A stretch of 64,000 nucleotides of DNA, taken from Candidatus Gottesmanbacteria bacterium (GTDB lineage: Bacteria > Patescibacteriota > Microgenomatia > UBA10105 > UBA927). Below the pieces are notes generated by a model. It saw only the letters and a program-made list of their open reading frames with translations. It ran no database searches and was not told where the DNA came from. The DNA lies in the NCBI GenBank assembly GCA_963809665.1, contig CAWEKC010000001.1:158219-222218 (forward strand). The letters are read 5' to 3'. Below are positions 39,260-49,486 of this stretch, one piece after another (the stretch's first letter is position 1; each line of letters starts with the position of its first letter). Position numbers and translations under genes: made by a program.

Positions 39260-40315
39260 CTACACCGCTAGGAGGTACCGCATAACCTGCCCGGCCCCCT
39301 GCGTACCGCGCGCATGTTTTCGTATATACCATCCGGCATCGGCAAAGTGCTTACGCATGACATTGACGGTATCCTGTTTAAATGACCAGTCCGTTTCACC
39401 GCTCCCCTTGCCGCTTTTATCCCACTGGAAAAAATTTACCAAACGCACACCGCACGCATAACTGTATTCCAGAGAACTTTTAAGCCACTCGCTCCGGTCA
39501 TCTCTCTGTATATTTAATTCCGTAATAACCGGCGCAGGTTTGTCCGGTGCAAGCTTCATCAATGTAAATAAATCCGGCCCGATAAGCTCCTTTGGTGTCA
39601 GGTCCGGCTGAATATAATGTCCGGGTTGAAGCCAATTTGAACTGTATTTGTTGTATGCATCCAATCCTGTCATATCCACATACTCACTGCCCGGAAACCG
39701 GTCGTCAATCGGATATGCCCAAAGTCCTGTGGTGTTGGCTGAGAATACAATGTTTGTTTTTGGCGACCGTTCTTTTACCAATGAATATGCATCTTTCCAT
39801 ATGCGTTTAAAGTCTTTACTGCTTGTACTGGGCGCATTCCAGGGAAAAGCATTTATAAGGTTCTGCTCATAATACATACGGAATAATACCGGTCCTTTCT
39901 GAGCAAACATACCGGCAAGCTGCGATAGATAGGCGCGTTCGTTCTTCCCGAAAATATCCTTCGTGTCCGGACCCCAGCTCACCATCGGCACTATCCCGTT
40001 CGTCATACACCAGTCAATATCAAGGCACAGACGGTCGTATGCCTCTTCGTCAGTCCCGGTGAGAAAATAATTGACAGTTCCCGGCGCAATATCCATCTGT
40101 CCCATCATGTCATTGGCAATCCGGGAGCTGTTACCGCTGGGCGCAAATCCTACAAGGCGCGAGTCAGAGGCGATCGGATGAACTTCCGGCGTGGGCAACA
40201 GCGACCGCTGCAGCCGTTCAACCTGGGTAATAAATGAAAATTTACTGTTGAGTAACAGGGCAGCTGCTCCCACCCCTGCGACCTCAAGAAACTCGCGACG
40301 GTTCAATGAACCCAT
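39260..40315 (-). CDS. Tat-secreted TIM-barrel glycoside hydrolase-like protein (start at MGSLNRREFL)
   Basis: twin-arginine signal RREFLEVAGVGAAALLL; Trp-rich GH-like core; family uncertain. Confidence 0.45.
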   Translation of the reverse strand: MGSLNRREFLEVAGVGAAALLLNSKFSFITQVERLQRSLLPTPEVHPIASDSRLVGFAPSGNSSRIANDMMGQMDIAPGTVNYFLTGTDEEAYDRLCLDIDWCMTNGIVPMVSWGPDTKDIFGKNERAYLSQLAGMFAQKGPVLFRMYYEQNLINAFPWNAPSTSSKDFKRIWKDAYSLVKERSPKTNIVFSANTTGLWAYPIDDRFPGSEYVDMTGLDAYNKYSSNWLQPGHYIQPDLTPKELIGPDLFTLMKLAPDKPAPVITELNIQRDDRSEWLKSSLEYSYACGVRLVNFFQWDKSGKGSGETDWSFKQDTVNVMRKHFADAGWYIRKHARGTQGAGQVMRYLLAV

Positions 40316-40358
40316 TATAAAATAGGTAGTATAGAATGTGCGGAGGGAAATAACAATC

Positions 40359-40757
40359 TCAGGACTGTTTCGGAAGGTTCTTGAAGAGGCGTTTCCGTAT
40401 GCTTGCGGTGGTCTCCCTGCCATGCTCCTGGATTTCTTCGATGTGGGCAAGGGCACTGTCGAGTTTCCGTGTTGCGGATTCCGTGAGTTCTTCTGACTTA
40501 TCCTCTAATTTTTCTATAACCTGGTCCTTCACTTCTTCACCATGTTTGGCAAGCTCTTTTCCTTTTTTCTCCAGTTGCTCTATCTGATCCTCCAACTCAC
40601 CTAACACGTCTTCCCCTTTTTGTTGCAGCAACTTCCCTGCTTTCTTTCCTTCTTTGGTCCCCAAAAAGAAAATGACAAGGGCTCCGATCAACCCGCCGAT
40701 GAAAAATCCGGCGAGAAATTTTATATCCGTTCCGTGAGATTGATTATTGTCATTCAT
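40359..40757 (-). CDS. YtxH-like membrane-anchored coiled-coil protein
   Basis: N-terminal glycine-zipper TM (FLAGFFIGGLIGALVIFFLG) + Lys/Glu-rich helix. Confidence 0.5.
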   Translation of the reverse strand: MNDNNQSHGTDIKFLAGFFIGGLIGALVIFFLGTKEGKKAGKLLQQKGEDVLGELEDQIEQLEKKGKELAKHGEEVKDQVIEKLEDKSEELTESATRKLDSALAHIEEIQEHGRETTASIRKRLFKNLPKQS

Positions 40758-41016
40758 GCTTTTCTTCTTCTTTGTGATGAATGAGTGTTGTGATGGCGCT
40801 GATCCCGGTCTTAAGTCCGTTGACAAAACCCGTCATACCGATGACACCTTCGGAAACCGCACCGCTGACTTTACCGGCATCATCAAGCATTTTATTTACT
40901 TTTTGCAGGGATATCCGCATCTCTTTAAGGATGTACCAGACCTGAATACCCAGAACAACAAGAAGAAGAGCGAGAGCGAAACTGATAATGATTATGGTGA
41001 GTTGAGTAGGGTCCAT
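40750..41016 (-). CDS. DUF948-like small membrane protein
   Basis: 88 aa, single N-terminal TM then helical region. Confidence 0.45.
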   Translation of the reverse strand: MDPTQLTIIIISFALALLLVVLGIQVWYILKEMRISLQKVNKMLDDAGKVSGAVSEGVIGMTGFVNGLKTGISAITTLIHHKEEEKHE

Positions 41017-41084
41017 AGGGCAGAGTTTCCGAAAAAACGTGCAACCGTAGTATGTCTTAATCTGGCTCCAGTGTCAACTGTATC

Positions 41085-41726
41085 TTACGGTAGCTGCAGG
41101 CCGATATCCCTTTCAACCGTCGATGATTTACCGTACCTGCTCGTCGCGACTACGGTAATTTTATTTACACCGCTCTCCAGGGAAATTTGATCGAAAAATT
41201 TTCCGTCACTGCGAACCACAATATTGATTCCGTTCACGGTAACCGTTGCATCCGGATCCGTACTCCCGAGGACATCAATCCGCCGTTCATGCACGACGAG
41301 CTGATTCTTCGGTGAATCCACCGATAACGCCGGAGGCTGATTGAGTTTTCCGTATTGAAGTCCCAGGTAGGCCAAAAAAATAAGCACGAGTACGGCAAGA
41401 ATTCCCGCCAGGAATTTTCCCGGGGTGAGCTGCAACAGTGATTTTCCCATCGGTTCGCTTGTCGCCTTCGGCAATACACTTGAACGGGTTACTTCCGCCG
41501 TCTGCCGGCGGAAAAACGCCAACACCCTGCTGCTGTCTAATCCCAAATACTCGCTGTAGTTTTTAACAAATCCTTTGGCATACGACAAAGACGGCAATGA
41601 GCTGTAATCATCGGATTCTATGGCCCGTAAAAATTTCAAACGGATTTTCGTTGCCTCTTCCGCCTGGTCAAGTGTGATATTTTTTGCGCCGCGCGCTTCT
41701 TTGAGGATGCTCCCTACAGTTTTCAT
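41085..41726 (-). CDS. RodZ-like cytoskeletal protein (HTH + TM + C-terminal domain)
   Basis: N-terminal Xre-type HTH (ITLDQAEEATKIRLKFLRAIE), central TM. Confidence 0.6.
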   Translation of the reverse strand: MKTVGSILKEARGAKNITLDQAEEATKIRLKFLRAIESDDYSSLPSLSYAKGFVKNYSEYLGLDSSRVLAFFRRQTAEVTRSSVLPKATSEPMGKSLLQLTPGKFLAGILAVLVLIFLAYLGLQYGKLNQPPALSVDSPKNQLVVHERRIDVLGSTDPDATVTVNGINIVVRSDGKFFDQISLESGVNKITVVATSRYGKSSTVERDIGLQLP

Positions 41727-43867
41727 GAATTACCTTGCTGGGAAGCCAAAAAATCATCGGGGTTTTTGATAAGTACGTCACGGGGTTTGCTTCCCTCTCC
41801 GGGACCGATCACCCCTGCCTCTTCCAATTGATCCAAAATACGGGCCGCCCTGGCGTAGCCCACGGATAATCTCCGTTGTAATAGTGATGCCGATGCTTTA
41901 TCGTGCTGGCAGATTAAACGCAGCGCGTCTTCAAAAAGCGGGTCATGGCCGTCAGCCCCTACCGAACCTTTCTTAAGACTCCCGACAGGCTGTGTCGTAA
42001 CCTCCTCTGTGTACTGCACCGGTATGTTTTTGTTCTTGAGGAATGCAACAATCTTTTCAACCTCATGCTCGGATACATACGTTCCCTGAATACGGCTCGG
42101 TTTGGATTGATCTGCAGGAATATAGAGCATGTCTCCCCGCCCGAGTAATTTCTCCGCTCCCGGCATATCCAACACCACACGGGAATCAATCATGGAGGAC
42201 ACATTAAATGCAATACGTGACGGAATATTTGCTTTAATAAGACCGGTGATGACGTCAACGCTGGGGCGCTGTGTAGATAATACTAAATGAATTCCCGTGG
42301 CCCGTGCCATCTGTGCCAACCGGCAAATCGTATCCTCAACCTCAACCGGAGCGTATGCCATAAGATCCGCTAGCTCATCAATAAAAATTATGATAAACGG
42401 CATCGCCTGGAATCCGGACAGTTCATTAAACCCGTCAATGTTGCGCACTCCCACTTCCGCAAATTTCTTGTACCGGTTTTCCATCTCCGTCATAGCCCAG
42501 CGGAGTGCGGAAAGTATTTTATCGATTTCCACTATAACGGGGGTTAACAAATGCGGAATACCGTTGTAACCTGTCAGTTCCACCCGTTTCGGATCAACCA
42601 TAATCATCCGTACCTCTGAAGGGTTCGTCCTGAATAAAAGCGAGGCAATCCATGAGTTAATGAGGACCGATTTTCCCGACCCGGTGGTACCGGCAACCAG
42701 CACGTGCGGCATTTTCCCGATATCGGCAATAATCTCATTCCCCGATACATCAAGTCCCAACGCAACTGTCAATTTACTTTTTGCCTTACGGACGGCCTCC
42801 GACGACAGCATTTTCTTGAGCGTGACAAATTCCAAACCCCTGTTTGGAATTTCTATTCCGACCAGATTCCGTCCCGGGATGGGTGCTTCTATACGGACCT
42901 GCCCGGTTGGCGCGGACAGGGCCAACGCAAGATCACTTGAAAGGGAGGTTATTTTGGAGACTTTCGTTCCCAATGCCAGTTCTATGGCATATTGAGTGAC
43001 AGCCGGGCCCGCATTTACTTCCCGGACTTTTGCCGTAATACCGAAACTTTCCAGCGTCTTTTCAATCGTCGACATATTCTTACGCATATCACCGCGGTCG
43101 GCCTTTTGTGCCGGCCCGTCAGACAGAAGGGAGAGCGGCGGATATTCCCACATCGACATATCAGCGGCCTGCGACGTCATAGGATTGTTAATTTTTAAAT
43201 CCGGCTTTACCGAAGATGCCGCGGCTGACTTTGCCGGAACCGGCGGAGGGGTTATCGGGGACTTCATAAGCGGTTCATCCTGACCTTTTATTCTGATGGG
43301 AAGTTTTTCCTGCCCGAACAGAGGCTTCTCTTTTTTAGCGACTATGTTGCCGAAAAAGCCCGCGACGGCATCAAAAATCGTTTGTCCGCCGACAATAATG
43401 AAATTTACAATCTTATCCAACGACGCATTAAACAAAACCATAAGTCCGATAACAAGTATGGCCAAATAAATAATCACTGATCCTTCCGTGGCAAAATACC
43501 CCACAACCATATTCCATATTGAAGTGCCCACAAACCCCGCCTGCGTCAGTCCCAAGAGTGAAAGAAGCACTACCCCTAACCCGAACGGAATATTCGGTTT
43601 ACCTATATCCGATTTGATTTTAAAAAAAAGAAAGGAGAGCGTCACTAAAAACGGCGGCAGTCCGTACATAACCCAGCCGACGTGATAGGTAAGTTCATCC
43701 CGCAGTTGCGTAAAAAGCGCTCCGTCAATGAAAAACGATAACGTAATGATGGAGGCAAAAAGCCACAACCAGATAGCACCCACTGTGTAGACCGTTTGTT
43801 TTTTAAGTTTTAACTGAAACGGACTCCGTTTGTGATAATGACGGCGTTTGCCCCACTTCCTGGCCAT
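41723..43867 (-). CDS. ftsK: DNA translocase FtsK/SpoIIIE
   Basis: N-terminal TMs, motor domain with GTTGSGKS Walker A, winged-helix gamma domain. Confidence 0.9.
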   Translation of the reverse strand: MARKWGKRRHYHKRSPFQLKLKKQTVYTVGAIWLWLFASIITLSFFIDGALFTQLRDELTYHVGWVMYGLPPFLVTLSFLFFKIKSDIGKPNIPFGLGVVLLSLLGLTQAGFVGTSIWNMVVGYFATEGSVIIYLAILVIGLMVLFNASLDKIVNFIIVGGQTIFDAVAGFFGNIVAKKEKPLFGQEKLPIRIKGQDEPLMKSPITPPPVPAKSAAASSVKPDLKINNPMTSQAADMSMWEYPPLSLLSDGPAQKADRGDMRKNMSTIEKTLESFGITAKVREVNAGPAVTQYAIELALGTKVSKITSLSSDLALALSAPTGQVRIEAPIPGRNLVGIEIPNRGLEFVTLKKMLSSEAVRKAKSKLTVALGLDVSGNEIIADIGKMPHVLVAGTTGSGKSVLINSWIASLLFRTNPSEVRMIMVDPKRVELTGYNGIPHLLTPVIVEIDKILSALRWAMTEMENRYKKFAEVGVRNIDGFNELSGFQAMPFIIIFIDELADLMAYAPVEVEDTICRLAQMARATGIHLVLSTQRPSVDVITGLIKANIPSRIAFNVSSMIDSRVVLDMPGAEKLLGRGDMLYIPADQSKPSRIQGTYVSEHEVEKIVAFLKNKNIPVQYTEEVTTQPVGSLKKGSVGADGHDPLFEDALRLICQHDKASASLLQRRLSVGYARAARILDQLEEAGVIGPGEGSKPRDVLIKNPDDFLASQQGNS

Positions 43868-43912
43868 GGAACTAGTATAGGGGGAAATAACGCCAAGTTC
43901 AACCCAGCTCCG

Positions 43913-45673
43913 CTAGACTTCAACAATCACCGGCACAATAAGCGGACGGCGTCCGGTTTCGCGAAGTAAAAATTTCTCGAGGTTTTCTCCGATTTGAGAC
44001 CGGACAAACCGCCAATCGGTGATATGGCCCTTTTTAAGCCGGAGTGACTCGGATACCACATGCTGGGCTTTGTTCAATAGGTCTCCCGATTCCTTCATAT
44101 ATACAAATCCGCGGGAGATTATATCGGGAGCAGCCGTAACACGGCCGGTCGATTTCTCCATGGGAACCACTACAACGACTATACCATCTGTTGCAATCGT
44201 TTGCCTGTCCCGGAGTACGGCGTTCCCTACATCACCAACCCCGAGGCCGTCTATCATGACATTTTCAAGCTCAAGAGTCTCGACCACGCGCGGCTGTTGT
44301 CCTTTTTTAAATTCCAATACCTGTCCTTCTTCAGGAATCAATACATCGCGCTTCTCATACCCTAAATCCAGCGCAAGCCGCCGGTATTGCATGATATGCC
44401 GGTATGTGCCGCCGATCGGAAAAATATATTTTGGTCCCAACGCCGACAGGAGAAGCATAAGGTCCCCCTGCGACCCGTGACCGGAAACATGCAGGTCTTC
44501 CATAATGTCCGAATATGCCACACGTGCACCTTTCCGGTACAATTGTTCGATGATAGAGGCAACACTTCCTTCATTTCCCGGTATGGCGTCAGCTGAAAAA
44601 ACTACCGTATCACCCTCCGCAATGTGTATATACTTGTGATTATCATTGGCCATGCGTGAGAGTGCGGAATTCGATTGTCCCTGTGCGCCAGCGGCGATAA
44701 GGAATTGCTTCGTCGGCGGCAGCCGCTTGAGATCCGTGTCGCGGATGACCGACTCACCGGGGAACCTCATATAGCCCAATTTCACCGCTGCTTCCACGTT
44801 GTGATCCATGCTCCGTCCGAAGAACGCAATCTTTCTGCCGTGCGCAAGACCGATTTCAATCGCCAACTGAATCCGGGAAATATTTGACGACTGGGTGGTA
44901 AAAATAAATTTACCAGTACATAGGGCGATTTCTTTTTCAAGCGTCTCCCCAACCACCTGTTCCGACGGAGTAAATCCCGGCCGTTCACTACCCAATGAGT
45001 CGGTAAGGAGCGTAAGAACGCCCCTTTTCCCTACGGCATTAATCTTATCCAGTTCCGACTTTTTGCCGTCAAGCGGGTCAAAGTCAAATTTAAAATCACT
45101 ACCGTGATAAAAAATACCTACCGGCGTTTCGATGATAAGGTTTGCCGTATCAGGAACCGAATGTGTCATGCGGACAAGTGATACGGTAAACGGATCGATC
45201 CGCAGTACCTCATTGAATTCGACAGGAGTTACACGATTTTTAATCTTTGCCTCTTCTAATTTTATGTTGGCAAATGCCGCAGTCAGCCGTGTTCCCCACA
45301 TGGGAATTCTTCCTAATTTGGGGTATAAATACGGAATTCCTCCTATGTGATCGTCATGCCCGTGCGTAAATACCAGACCGCGGATATACTGTTTTTTATT
45401 GTCCAGATACCTGATGTCCGGCAATACGAGATCAATGCCGTACATTTCCTCATCGGGGAATCCGATACCGCAATCAACGATAAGTATGTCGCGGATTTTA
45501 CCGTCATACCGGTATTCATACACGAACATATTTTTTGTCACGTTTCCGGTTCCCCCGAGCGGGACAATCCGGACACTGTCCTTACCGGTTCCTGAGGAAC
45601 CGGTAAACACCTGTTGGTGCGGGGGACCCCGTCTCTTTTCTCTCTGCTGTTTCATAAATGGGTTAAATTTCAT
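43913..45673 (-). CDS. rnj: ribonuclease J (metallo-beta-lactamase/beta-CASP)
   Basis: HGHDDHIGG motif, beta-CASP region. Confidence 0.9.
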   Translation of the reverse strand: MKFNPFMKQQREKRRGPPHQQVFTGSSGTGKDSVRIVPLGGTGNVTKNMFVYEYRYDGKIRDILIVDCGIGFPDEEMYGIDLVLPDIRYLDNKKQYIRGLVFTHGHDDHIGGIPYLYPKLGRIPMWGTRLTAAFANIKLEEAKIKNRVTPVEFNEVLRIDPFTVSLVRMTHSVPDTANLIIETPVGIFYHGSDFKFDFDPLDGKKSELDKINAVGKRGVLTLLTDSLGSERPGFTPSEQVVGETLEKEIALCTGKFIFTTQSSNISRIQLAIEIGLAHGRKIAFFGRSMDHNVEAAVKLGYMRFPGESVIRDTDLKRLPPTKQFLIAAGAQGQSNSALSRMANDNHKYIHIAEGDTVVFSADAIPGNEGSVASIIEQLYRKGARVAYSDIMEDLHVSGHGSQGDLMLLLSALGPKYIFPIGGTYRHIMQYRRLALDLGYEKRDVLIPEEGQVLEFKKGQQPRVVETLELENVMIDGLGVGDVGNAVLRDRQTIATDGIVVVVVPMEKSTGRVTAAPDIISRGFVYMKESGDLLNKAQHVVSESLRLKKGHITDWRFVRSQIGENLEKFLLRETGRRPLIVPVIVEV

Positions 45674-45674
45674 A

Positions 45675-46718
45675 CTAATAACTTTCTACAAAATTTTTTA
45701 TATTATTTTCGTCTATATGAACCTGCGTTCCGCGACCTTCAACTATCATACGCGCCACTTTACGGCAAATGCCGTTAATCGTCCTTTCTAAACTCCTGAT
45801 CCCGGCGTCGTACCCGAGGGGCCTAACAAGCCGCGGCCAGATTGCATCATCGATCGTGAGGTTTTCCGGCGTAAGCCCCGACTGGCGCATAAGATTGGGC
45901 AATACGTAGTCCTTGGCAATTTTGGTCTTTTCCTCATCGGTGTAGGAGGGCATTTGGATCGGTTCCAAACGGTCCAACACCGCGGTTGCGATGTGTTCCG
46001 TATTATTTGCCGTTGCAATAAAAAGTACGTCGGATAGGTCAAACGGATAATCTAAATAATGATCCGTAAATGCCACATTCTGTTCCGGGTCCAGAAGTTC
46101 TACCAAGACTCCCATGATATCTCCGCGCGCCGCTTCCGCGACACGGTCTATTTCGTCCAGGAGCATAACCGGGTTTTTACTGCCGGCAAACCGCAACCCC
46201 TTCATAATAAGACCGATTTCCGCGTCCGGCCTCACGCGGGACTGACCGCGAAGTTCCAGCGCATCGCTCATCCCGCCGAACGGAACGCGGACGAACCGCC
46301 TTCCCATTGCCTGAGCGATAGATTTTGCAAGCGTTGTTTTCCCGGTCCCCACAAGGCCAACCAGACACAGGATCGGCGCGCGCCTGGCAAGCATGGCCTG
46401 CTCTTTATTCAATTTCAAAACCGATAAATATTCCAGAATACTGTCTTTTACCGGCGCCAGACCGTAATGATTTTTTTCTAAAATTTCCTTGGTTTTTGTC
46501 AAATCCAATGTATCTTCCGTTCGTGTATTCCAGGGGAGCGCAACAACCCAATCGATATACCGCAGCATTTGCTCGATATGGACGCGGGCAGTTATATCAT
46601 TTTCCAGCCGAGATATTTCCTCAAGATTGCCGACTACGCGCGATTCCAAATCACCAGGGACATGGGATTCTGCAATTTTTTTACGGAGACCCGTCACTTC
46701 ATCACTCAACTTAGACAT
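45675..46718 (-). CDS. Lon-type AAA+ ATPase module without LAN or S16 protease domains
   Basis: 347 aa aligning to Lon coiled-coil + AAA+ (GLVGTGKTTLAKSIA..., LLDEIDR..., ELLDPEQNVAFTDHYLDYPFDLSDVLFIATAN); ORF ends before any protease domain. Confidence 0.75.
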   Translation of the reverse strand: MSKLSDEVTGLRKKIAESHVPGDLESRVVGNLEEISRLENDITARVHIEQMLRYIDWVVALPWNTRTEDTLDLTKTKEILEKNHYGLAPVKDSILEYLSVLKLNKEQAMLARRAPILCLVGLVGTGKTTLAKSIAQAMGRRFVRVPFGGMSDALELRGQSRVRPDAEIGLIMKGLRFAGSKNPVMLLDEIDRVAEAARGDIMGVLVELLDPEQNVAFTDHYLDYPFDLSDVLFIATANNTEHIATAVLDRLEPIQMPSYTDEEKTKIAKDYVLPNLMRQSGLTPENLTIDDAIWPRLVRPLGYDAGIRSLERTINGICRKVARMIVEGRGTQVHIDENNIKNFVESY

Positions 46719-46737
46719 ATAAAATCATCATACCATA

Positions 46738-48906
46738 CTAAAATCTTCGGGGACCGCGTCCGCGTGGCCGGAAACTTGGTTCCCGCCGCTCGCGCTGGGG
46801 TGCTTTCTTGGCATCTTCGCCGAATAACATTGATAAATTAATTCTATGCATATCATCCACTTCCATAACTCTTACATGGACTTTCTGGCCTATCTTCACG
46901 ACTTCTTCCGGCTTATTAACGAACCCCGTGGACATTTGTGACACATGCACCATGCCTTCTTTCCCCGGCAAAATTTCCACAAACGCGCCGAAAGGAAGAA
47001 TCCGTTTCACTTCGCCCTCAAACTCTTCATTGACCGTTACCTCGCGCGTTAAACCCGTTACCCAATCAACCGCTTTTTGAACAGCAGTCTGGTCAACACC
47101 GGAAATCATAACTGACCCGTCATCCTCCACGTCCACCGTGGCTCCGGTCGTCGCAATAATATTTCGGATCATTTTGCCGCCGGGTCCGATAACTTCACCG
47201 ATTTTCTCAACCGGAATCTTCACAACCTGCACTTTGGGCGCATATTTAGACAGATTCGTACGGGGAGCCGTAAGCACGGAAAGCATTTTTTCCAATACCT
47301 TCATTCTTGCCACGCGCGCCCGCTCAAATGTACCGTCAATAATCTCATCCGTTAATCCGTCAATTTTCATATCCAGCTGAATGGCAGTGATACCGTTTTT
47401 GGTTCCCGCCACTTTGAAGTCCATATCGCCGGCAAAATCCTCAATACCCATGATGTCGGTGAGGAGGATAAACTTTTTCTTATCCGTCATGAGGCCTATT
47501 GATATACCGGCAACCGGTTCTTTAATCGGTACGCCTGCATCCATAAGAGCGAGCGTTGATGCGCAGGTGGACGCCATGGATGTAGAGCCGTTGCTGGACA
47601 TGACCTCAGAAACCAGACGGATTGTATACGGAAATTCTTCCTCGGAAGGAATAACGGACAGGAGTGCCCGTTCGGCAAGAGCTCCGTGCCCGATCTCGCG
47701 CCGGCTCGGTGTTCCTACGCGGCCAGTTTCTCCCACAGAATACGGCGGCATGCTGTAATGATGGATGTACCGCTTTGCTTCCTCTCCGGTCGGGCTTTCG
47801 ATAAGCTGCTCGAGCGAGGGAGTCCCCAGAGTCGCGACCGTTAATACCTGTGTCTGACCCCGTGAAAATACTGCACTTCCGTGAGTCCGCGGAAGTATGC
47901 CCACTTCTGCCGCAAGCGGCCGGACTTCATCTATTTTCCTGCCGTCAAACCGCTTTTCGCGGGTCAGAATATTATCCCGGACCTGTTTTTTAAACAATCC
48001 ATCAAGCGCTTCCTCTATGGCTTTTTGCGTATAATCTTTCCCGTACGCCTCTGCGATAGTTTTGGCCAGTGCCGCCACTTCATCGCCGCCGAATTCTTTT
48101 TCCGCTTTCGCGGCGAAGGCAGATTCCATTTCCTTTTTATAGTCTTTGACAATTTTTACTTTCAGCTCTTCCGTTTCCGTTGCGGCCGGTGCCGGTACCT
48201 TTGTTTTTCCGACAGCTGTAACCAAGTCTTCAATAAGTCCGATGATTTTTTTATTCGAATCTTTGGCCATGGTGATGGCATCTTTGACTATGTTCTCCGG
48301 CGTTTCACAGAAACCGCCTTCAAGCATAATCACCTTATCGCGATTGGAGGCAACGATAAAATCAAAATCGCTGATTGCCTGTTCGGAAATCCGCGGATTG
48401 ACAATCAGCGTCCCTTCGTCCCCGTCTGCATGCACATATCCCATACGGACGCCCGATACCGGACCGTTCCATGGGATCGGAGAAATGGCAATAGCCGCCG
48501 ATGTGGCAACCAGTCCCATCACGTCGGGGTCATTTTCCCCGTCAACGGAAAGTACGGTGATAATCACCTGTACATCGTGCTTGTATGATTTGGGAAACAA
48601 GGGGCGGATCGAGCGGTCAATCACGCGACCGGCAAGTACTGCATCGTCCGAAGGCCTCCCTTCACGTTTTACCCATCGGGACCCTTTAATGCGTCCACCG
48701 GCATACAGCCTCTCGACGTATTCGACGGACAGCGGAAAATAATCAAGCGTCGTTTCGCGGCTGGATGCTGTTACGGTGGCCAAAACCATCGTATCGCCGT
48801 ACCGCGCAAGCACTGCAGCCGATGCCTGCTCTGCAAACCGGCCCACCTCAAGTGAAAGCGTTCTTCCGCCTACTTCAATAGATTTTTTAACAATTTTTTT
48901 TAACAT
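46738..48906 (-). CDS. pnp: polynucleotide phosphorylase
   Basis: two RNase PH domains, KH and S1 domains; 722 aa. Confidence 0.95.
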   Translation of the reverse strand: MLKKIVKKSIEVGGRTLSLEVGRFAEQASAAVLARYGDTMVLATVTASSRETTLDYFPLSVEYVERLYAGGRIKGSRWVKREGRPSDDAVLAGRVIDRSIRPLFPKSYKHDVQVIITVLSVDGENDPDVMGLVATSAAIAISPIPWNGPVSGVRMGYVHADGDEGTLIVNPRISEQAISDFDFIVASNRDKVIMLEGGFCETPENIVKDAITMAKDSNKKIIGLIEDLVTAVGKTKVPAPAATETEELKVKIVKDYKKEMESAFAAKAEKEFGGDEVAALAKTIAEAYGKDYTQKAIEEALDGLFKKQVRDNILTREKRFDGRKIDEVRPLAAEVGILPRTHGSAVFSRGQTQVLTVATLGTPSLEQLIESPTGEEAKRYIHHYSMPPYSVGETGRVGTPSRREIGHGALAERALLSVIPSEEEFPYTIRLVSEVMSSNGSTSMASTCASTLALMDAGVPIKEPVAGISIGLMTDKKKFILLTDIMGIEDFAGDMDFKVAGTKNGITAIQLDMKIDGLTDEIIDGTFERARVARMKVLEKMLSVLTAPRTNLSKYAPKVQVVKIPVEKIGEVIGPGGKMIRNIIATTGATVDVEDDGSVMISGVDQTAVQKAVDWVTGLTREVTVNEEFEGEVKRILPFGAFVEILPGKEGMVHVSQMSTGFVNKPEEVVKIGQKVHVRVMEVDDMHRINLSMLFGEDAKKAPQRERREPSFRPRGRGPRRF

Positions 48907-48935
48907 GAAATTATTTTCAGGGGAAAGTGGGAAGT

Positions 48936-48962
48936 GGGATCGCTTCGATCCCGCTGAGCGGG
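48936..48962 (-). ncRNA. tandem/overlapping stem-loops in the pnp 5' leader (GGGAUCG-aag-CGAUCCC and CCCGC-uca-GCGGG)
   Basis: read from sequence between pnp start and rpsO. Confidence 0.3.
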
Positions 48963-49001
48963 ACTCAAGACATCACACTTCTTTCTATTCCCTACTGACG
49001 T

Positions 49002-49030
49002 ATTATACTATACTTTTATTTTATTGTCAT
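49002..49030 (-). promoter_or_regulatory. candidate pnp promoter ATGACA-17-TATAAT overlapping the rpsO stop
   Basis: read from sequence. Confidence 0.35.
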
Positions 49031-49413
49031 TTTCCCAGTCCGAGTTTCGCTGAAATGTCCTTGAAGCGCTTTGCGTCTTTCTTTCCGAGATAGTTCAGGA
49101 GACGGCGCCGCTTGCTTACGATTCCTAAAAGGCCGCGTCGGGAATGATTATCGGACGGATTTGCTTTTAAGTGACCGACAAGTTTCTCTATCCGCTTGGT
49201 CAGTAGTGCCACCTGGACCTCGGGACTCCCCGTGTCTCCTGCTTTAACCTGGTACTTTGCAATCACTTCCTGCTTTTCCTCGCTGGGTGCAGGCACGGCA
49301 ACAGCTTCCGTAACCTTCCTGACAGCTTTCGTTGTTTTCGGGGATTTCGCGACTGTTTTCACTGCTTTTTTAGCAGGAACTTTCTTAACCGTAGTTTTTA
49401 CTTTCGTAGCCAT
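49027..49413 (-). CDS. rpsO: 30S ribosomal protein S15 with ~45-aa Lys/Ala-rich N-terminal extension
   Basis: S15 core GDTGSPEVQVALLTKRI...HL...KDxHSRRGLL. Confidence 0.9.
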   Translation of the reverse strand: MATKVKTTVKKVPAKKAVKTVAKSPKTTKAVRKVTEAVAVPAPSEEKQEVIAKYQVKAGDTGSPEVQVALLTKRIEKLVGHLKANPSDNHSRRGLLGIVSKRRRLLNYLGKKDAKRFKDISAKLGLGK

Positions 49414-49423
49414 AAATTAATTC

Positions 49424-49486
49424 AAAAAACGGAGCATTTTCGCGCTCCAATGTGGGTATTTTAGCACAAATGGGATTTTATTTCAA
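49424..49486 (-). promoter_or_regulatory. rpsO leader: promoter TTGAAA-17-TAAAAT (49458-49486) followed by GGAGC-loop-GCUCC hairpin + U6 (49424-49448) just before the rpsO ATG
   Basis: read from sequence. Confidence 0.35.

Noticed and set aside
47881-48742. Two overlapping plus-strand ORFs (235 and 198 aa)
   Set aside because: Antisense to pnp; no recognisable motifs.
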